Made by a program: the position numbers and the translations under genes. Positions 61,099 through 64,000 of a DNA stretch of 64,000 nucleotides are shown in pieces. Source of the DNA: an uncultured virus (IMG/VR IMGVR_UViG_3300008113_011796) (Duplodnaviria > Heunggongvirae > Uroviricota > Caudoviricetes); the IMG/VR virus record IMGVR_UViG_3300008113_011796; one strand, given 5' to 3'. The notes under the pieces were generated by a model that saw nothing but the letters and a program-made list of their open reading frames with translations, did not search any database and was not told the DNA's origin. Every line of letters starts with the position of its first letter. Position 1 is the stretch's first letter.

Positions 61099-63456
61099 AT
61101 GAAGATATACAGTGACTTGGTTCTTGCCGGAGGGCTTACATACTCAAACACGATTGGAACGCACTCGTTTACGAGGAACATACAGAGCAAGGTTGTAGAG
61201 TCGGTTTCGGTGATGGACTTCGGTGCGAAGGGTAACGGTGTCAACGACGACTCTGCGGCCATCAACCGCGCGCTGAACAACGTCATCTTCAAAGGCGGTG
61301 GGCAGCTTGTATTTCCTCCAGGAACTTACAGCATCGCTTCCCAGCTCGGGAAGAGGTGGAGTGGAATATCGGCGCAGAACGTGTCGCTTGATATAGTCGG
61401 GATTGATGCGACCATAGTGCCGTTGGTTCCTGTTCACACCTACGGTCTTTTCATAGGAGGCGACTTCAGGAGCGTTACAGTGAAGGATCTCGTCTTCGAA
61501 GGAAACTACATTCTCACTTCGGCACTCGTGATAGACGGATCCGGTGGGGTGACCCAATCCGGCGACATACTGGACTACTATGCGGACTCGATAGTGGTCG
61601 AGAACTGTAGGGTCTACAACCTTAGGGGCCTTACGCAATCTAGGGCAGAGATTTCGGGCATAAAAGTCAGCAACGCGAGAAGCTGCATAATACGCAACTG
61701 CACGGTCGACGGCCTCGATCGATTGAGCTGGTTGACAAAGAGGGACCATAGTCTGTCTTGGGAGGACCAGACATTACCTGGTTACTGGATGGACGTGAGT
61801 GGGATATCGGCGATCGACTGCGACAGGCTGACGTTGTCGGACTGCATAATAAAGGACGTAAGCCACGGTAACTCCAGGAATATGAACCCGGAGGATCCGA
61901 CTAAGCCGTTCCCAGGTAAGTGTATACCTGGTGGAACTTTCAGTACGTTCGGTACGCGTGATGACGGTATCGGCACGAGCAAGTACCTGAGGCTCTACGA
62001 CGCGAACGGCATCAGGGTCTACAACGGCCGCGACACGTTCAACAGAAGCCAGTATCTCAGGCAGCAGTCGATAATATCGAACAACACGATGATTGACTGC
62101 GAGAACAGGTACATAAAGCTACAGACCAACGGGCAGGCGATAATCGAAAACAACATATTCTACCTGGGCCAGGATCCCAAGAAACCGGCCAAGCCCCTAT
62201 GTGGATGGCAATGGGAAGGTCACCCTTTCTTCGGTGCGACACAGGGTAACGACAACATACCTTACCCTGGCGTTAGGATGGGCTCTCTTGCACTATTGAT
62301 TGACTCTCAGATAGCCAACGTTAAGATTATGAACAACAAGTTCTACATCGACGACTACTTCGTGGGCAACAAAAACTCACTGTTCGACAATTTGGCGGCA
62401 GACGAGGAGGGTCTTACTGCGTCGGTCTACCTAGGGCATACCTACAGCAACGAATGGGCCTACGGAGTAAAATTCTCATACAACGACAACGACTTCTCGC
62501 CACACGTCGTTCTTTTCCAGGCACCTTCGATTGCGAATATCGTCGAGCCGTACGAGAGCTACTACTCGCAGTACGAGAACAACGAGCTTTACTCGACAAA
62601 GGTTTGGCGAAACGGTATAGGAATACAACCACCTAGGGCTGGTTCGACCTCGAGCATCTACACGACCATAAAGAACAACATACACTCGTCAAACGCCTTA
62701 TTCTCGAGCAGCACGCTGAACTCGAGAGAGGACGTCGCACATAAGTACTTCCTGCGCGCGACCGTGCCGTACGGACCGAGCGCTGCCTCTGGTCAGTGGA
62801 TACTGGACGTCAGTGGCAACAAGCTATACACATACGAGATGAGCTACTTCTCGCTCAGTGGTACGTACAGCAGCACCGACGCTAACGGAAACACGCTCAC
62901 CGTGGAGCAGCAGGCTCAGCTACCGAGGGACTACTCTAACAACTGGACCTGGCTGTTCTACGACAACTTCAGGTATCCGCAAGCCGGTAACAACGAGGTG
63001 ATAAGGTCCGGCTACGTGGTCTTGCCGGGTGAGACGATGCCATCAACTGCGTCGGCAGCAGATATGTCTCCGTTCACAAGCAACATGCTGATTAGGAACA
63101 ACGTGATAGGCGACGTAGAGGGCCAAATATCTTTTCCGTTCGATATGAAGAAGCTCGTCGACGGCTGTGACTTCGCGATTGCCGGCAGCAGCACCTTCTT
63201 CAACAGGACCCTTGTAGACCTACGTCCTAAGAACGTGCCCAACGACGATGCGTATACCTACAACACGTCCGTCCTGAACTCCAGGATCTACAAGCAGGGC
63301 AACTTCACGTACCTCGACGGCCCTTACAGGCTATACAGGTCGCGCAACTGCGTCACCTGGGACCATATGAGCTACGGCCACTCTTCGCCGACATGGTCGA
63401 ACGGCGGCGTAAGCACTCCTATTTCGGCGACGTTCCCCTCGGAGAACCCCCTTTAG
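61099..63456 (+). CDS. Right-handed beta-helix (pectate-lyase-3-like) tailspike/depolymerase
   Basis: 'SVMDFGAKGNGVNDDSAAINRAL...LVFPPGTY', repeated 'I.NC.V'/'I.NN.F' rungs. Confidence 0.85.
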   Translation: MKIYSDLVLAGGLTYSNTIGTHSFTRNIQSKVVESVSVMDFGAKGNGVNDDSAAINRALNNVIFKGGGQLVFPPGTYSIASQLGKRWSGISAQNVSLDIVGIDATIVPLVPVHTYGLFIGGDFRSVTVKDLVFEGNYILTSALVIDGSGGVTQSGDILDYYADSIVVENCRVYNLRGLTQSRAEISGIKVSNARSCIIRNCTVDGLDRLSWLTKRDHSLSWEDQTLPGYWMDVSGISAIDCDRLTLSDCIIKDVSHGNSRNMNPEDPTKPFPGKCIPGGTFSTFGTRDDGIGTSKYLRLYDANGIRVYNGRDTFNRSQYLRQQSIISNNTMIDCENRYIKLQTNGQAIIENNIFYLGQDPKKPAKPLCGWQWEGHPFFGATQGNDNIPYPGVRMGSLALLIDSQIANVKIMNNKFYIDDYFVGNKNSLFDNLAADEEGLTASVYLGHTYSNEWAYGVKFSYNDNDFSPHVVLFQAPSIANIVEPYESYYSQYENNELYSTKVWRNGIGIQPPRAGSTSSIYTTIKNNIHSSNALFSSSTLNSREDVAHKYFLRATVPYGPSAASGQWILDVSGNKLYTYEMSYFSLSGTYSSTDANGNTLTVEQQAQLPRDYSNNWTWLFYDNFRYPQAGNNEVIRSGYVVLPGETMPSTASAADMSPFTSNMLIRNNVIGDVEGQISFPFDMKKLVDGCDFAIAGSSTFFNRTLVDLRPKNVPNDDAYTYNTSVLNSRIYKQGNFTYLDGPYRLYRSRNCVTWDHMSYGHSSPTWSNGGVSTPISATFPSENPL

Positions 63457-63464
63457 AAATAAGT

Positions 63465-63502
63465 ACAAAAGAGAAGAGGCCTAATGGCCTCTTCTCTTTT
63501 GT
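63465..63502. terminator. Strong terminator hairpin (17-bp perfect stem)
   Basis: ACAAAAGAGAAGAGGCC-TAAT-GGCCTCTTCTCTTTTGT. Confidence 0.9.
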
Positions 63503-63541
63503 CGCCTATTTTCTTATCTTAGCAGGACGATATATACAGAC

Positions 63542-64000
63542 ATGAAGAAGATAATGAGATACGGCGGATTCCTGGAGAGCAAGTCGGCGGAGATGCCGCT
63601 GCCGCAGGACGTCATAGACATAGCCGACGCGTACCAGCGCGCGGGAAAGGAGATCTACGTGGTCGGCGGTGCCGTCAGGGACTTCAAGAAGGGCGTCGAG
63701 CCGAAGGACTACGACCTGGTGACGAACGCGCTGCCGGAGGAGTCCAAGCACATACTGAAGGGGTTCAACGTGTCCGACGAGCAGGGCAAGAACTTCGGCG
63801 TGCTCCGGGTCTACACCAAGGCGGAGCCGGAGGGCTATGAGATAGCGACCTTCCGTAGGGACATTGCGAAGGGTCGCGACACCAAAGGCGACGATCAGAA
63901 GGTAGAGATGGGGCCTGACGTCACCATCCAGGACGACGTGATGAGGCGCGACCTCACGATGAACGCGCTGTTCTACGATATAGCGAAGAAGGAGATAGTC
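63542..64000 (+). CDS. tRNA nucleotidyltransferase (CCA-adding/poly(A) polymerase family), 3' truncated; N-terminal tag
   Basis: Not in ORF track (runs off the end): MKKIMRYGGFLES...'YVVGGAVRD...KDYDLVT...EIATFR...DVMRRDLTMNALFYD'. GATATATA box at 63529-63536. Confidence 0.92.
   Translation, partial: MKKIMRYGGFLESKSAEMPLPQDVIDIADAYQRAGKEIYVVGGAVRDFKKGVEPKDYDLVTNALPEESKHILKGFNVSDEQGKNFGVLRVYTKAEPEGYEIATFRRDIAKGRDTKGDDQKVEMGPDVTIQDDVMRRDLTMNALFYDIAKKEIV

Noticed and set aside
63465..63502. 17-bp perfect inverted repeat as a mobile-element end or origin
   Set aside because: Its position right after the tailspike stop and its A/T tracts fit an ordinary intrinsic terminator. No second copy was seen.
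1423..63751. Numerous long antisense/overlapping ORFs in the ORF track (e.g. 2306..2857, 16139..16720, 48203..49051 portion, 37059..37616, 63506..63751)
   Set aside because: These are shadows of real genes caused by C/G-ending codon bias. They have no motifs, promoter boxes or translational coupling.
1..64000. Alternative genetic code (stop-codon reassignment seen in some large Bacteroidota phages)
   Set aside because: Conserved genes are full length in code 11, and TAA, TAG and TGA all end genes at sensible positions.
1..64000. CRISPR array, tRNA/rRNA genes, integrase, transposase, reverse transcriptase
   Set aside because: None recognised. Intergenic gaps are mostly under ~120 bp and explained by promoter boxes and terminators. 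A tRNAscan/Infernal run would be needed to exclude small RNAs fully.

Overview
This 64-kb window is most likely part of a large, T4-like (jumbo) tailed phage genome infecting a Bacteroidota host. It is densely packed with about 85 ORFs in the standard genetic code. Phage-type genes include an Rnl1 RNA ligase, two type II topoisomerase subunits, an RNase H/5'-3' exonuclease, dCMP deaminase, UvsE, a GIY-YIG endonuclease, LamG/C-type-lectin-like fibre proteins and a beta-helix tailspike. Host-derived genes include dnaK, dnaJ, grpE, nusG, a CCA-adding enzyme, a rhomboid protease, glycosyltransferases and methyltransferases. The host assignment rests on repeated TAnnTTTG (-7) promoter boxes and Bacteroidota-style DnaK and NusG sequences. 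The most striking unexplained structure is a two-class terminal 'tag' system read directly from the sequence. (i) About 15 unrelated proteins end in an R-[DEN]-x-x-[IL]-x-x-[IL]-[LGI] peptide. (ii) About 17 other proteins begin with an M-[KR]-x-[IL]-x-x-[FY]-x-x-[FY]-x(0-3)-E-like peptide resembling the T4 capsid-targeting sequence, and most lie behind an (A/T/G)ATATATA late-promoter-like box, usually 4-7 nt before the ATG. No protein carries both tags. Also present are a nuclease+methyltransferase (R-M-like) operon, a dispersed RNA/tRNA-repair gene set, an ArfA-like small ORF, a homing endonuclease with an apparent co-conversion tract, and two apparent frameshifts. I recognised no tRNA, rRNA, CRISPR array, integrase or reverse transcriptase. 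All calls come from reading motifs by eye; no database searches were run.
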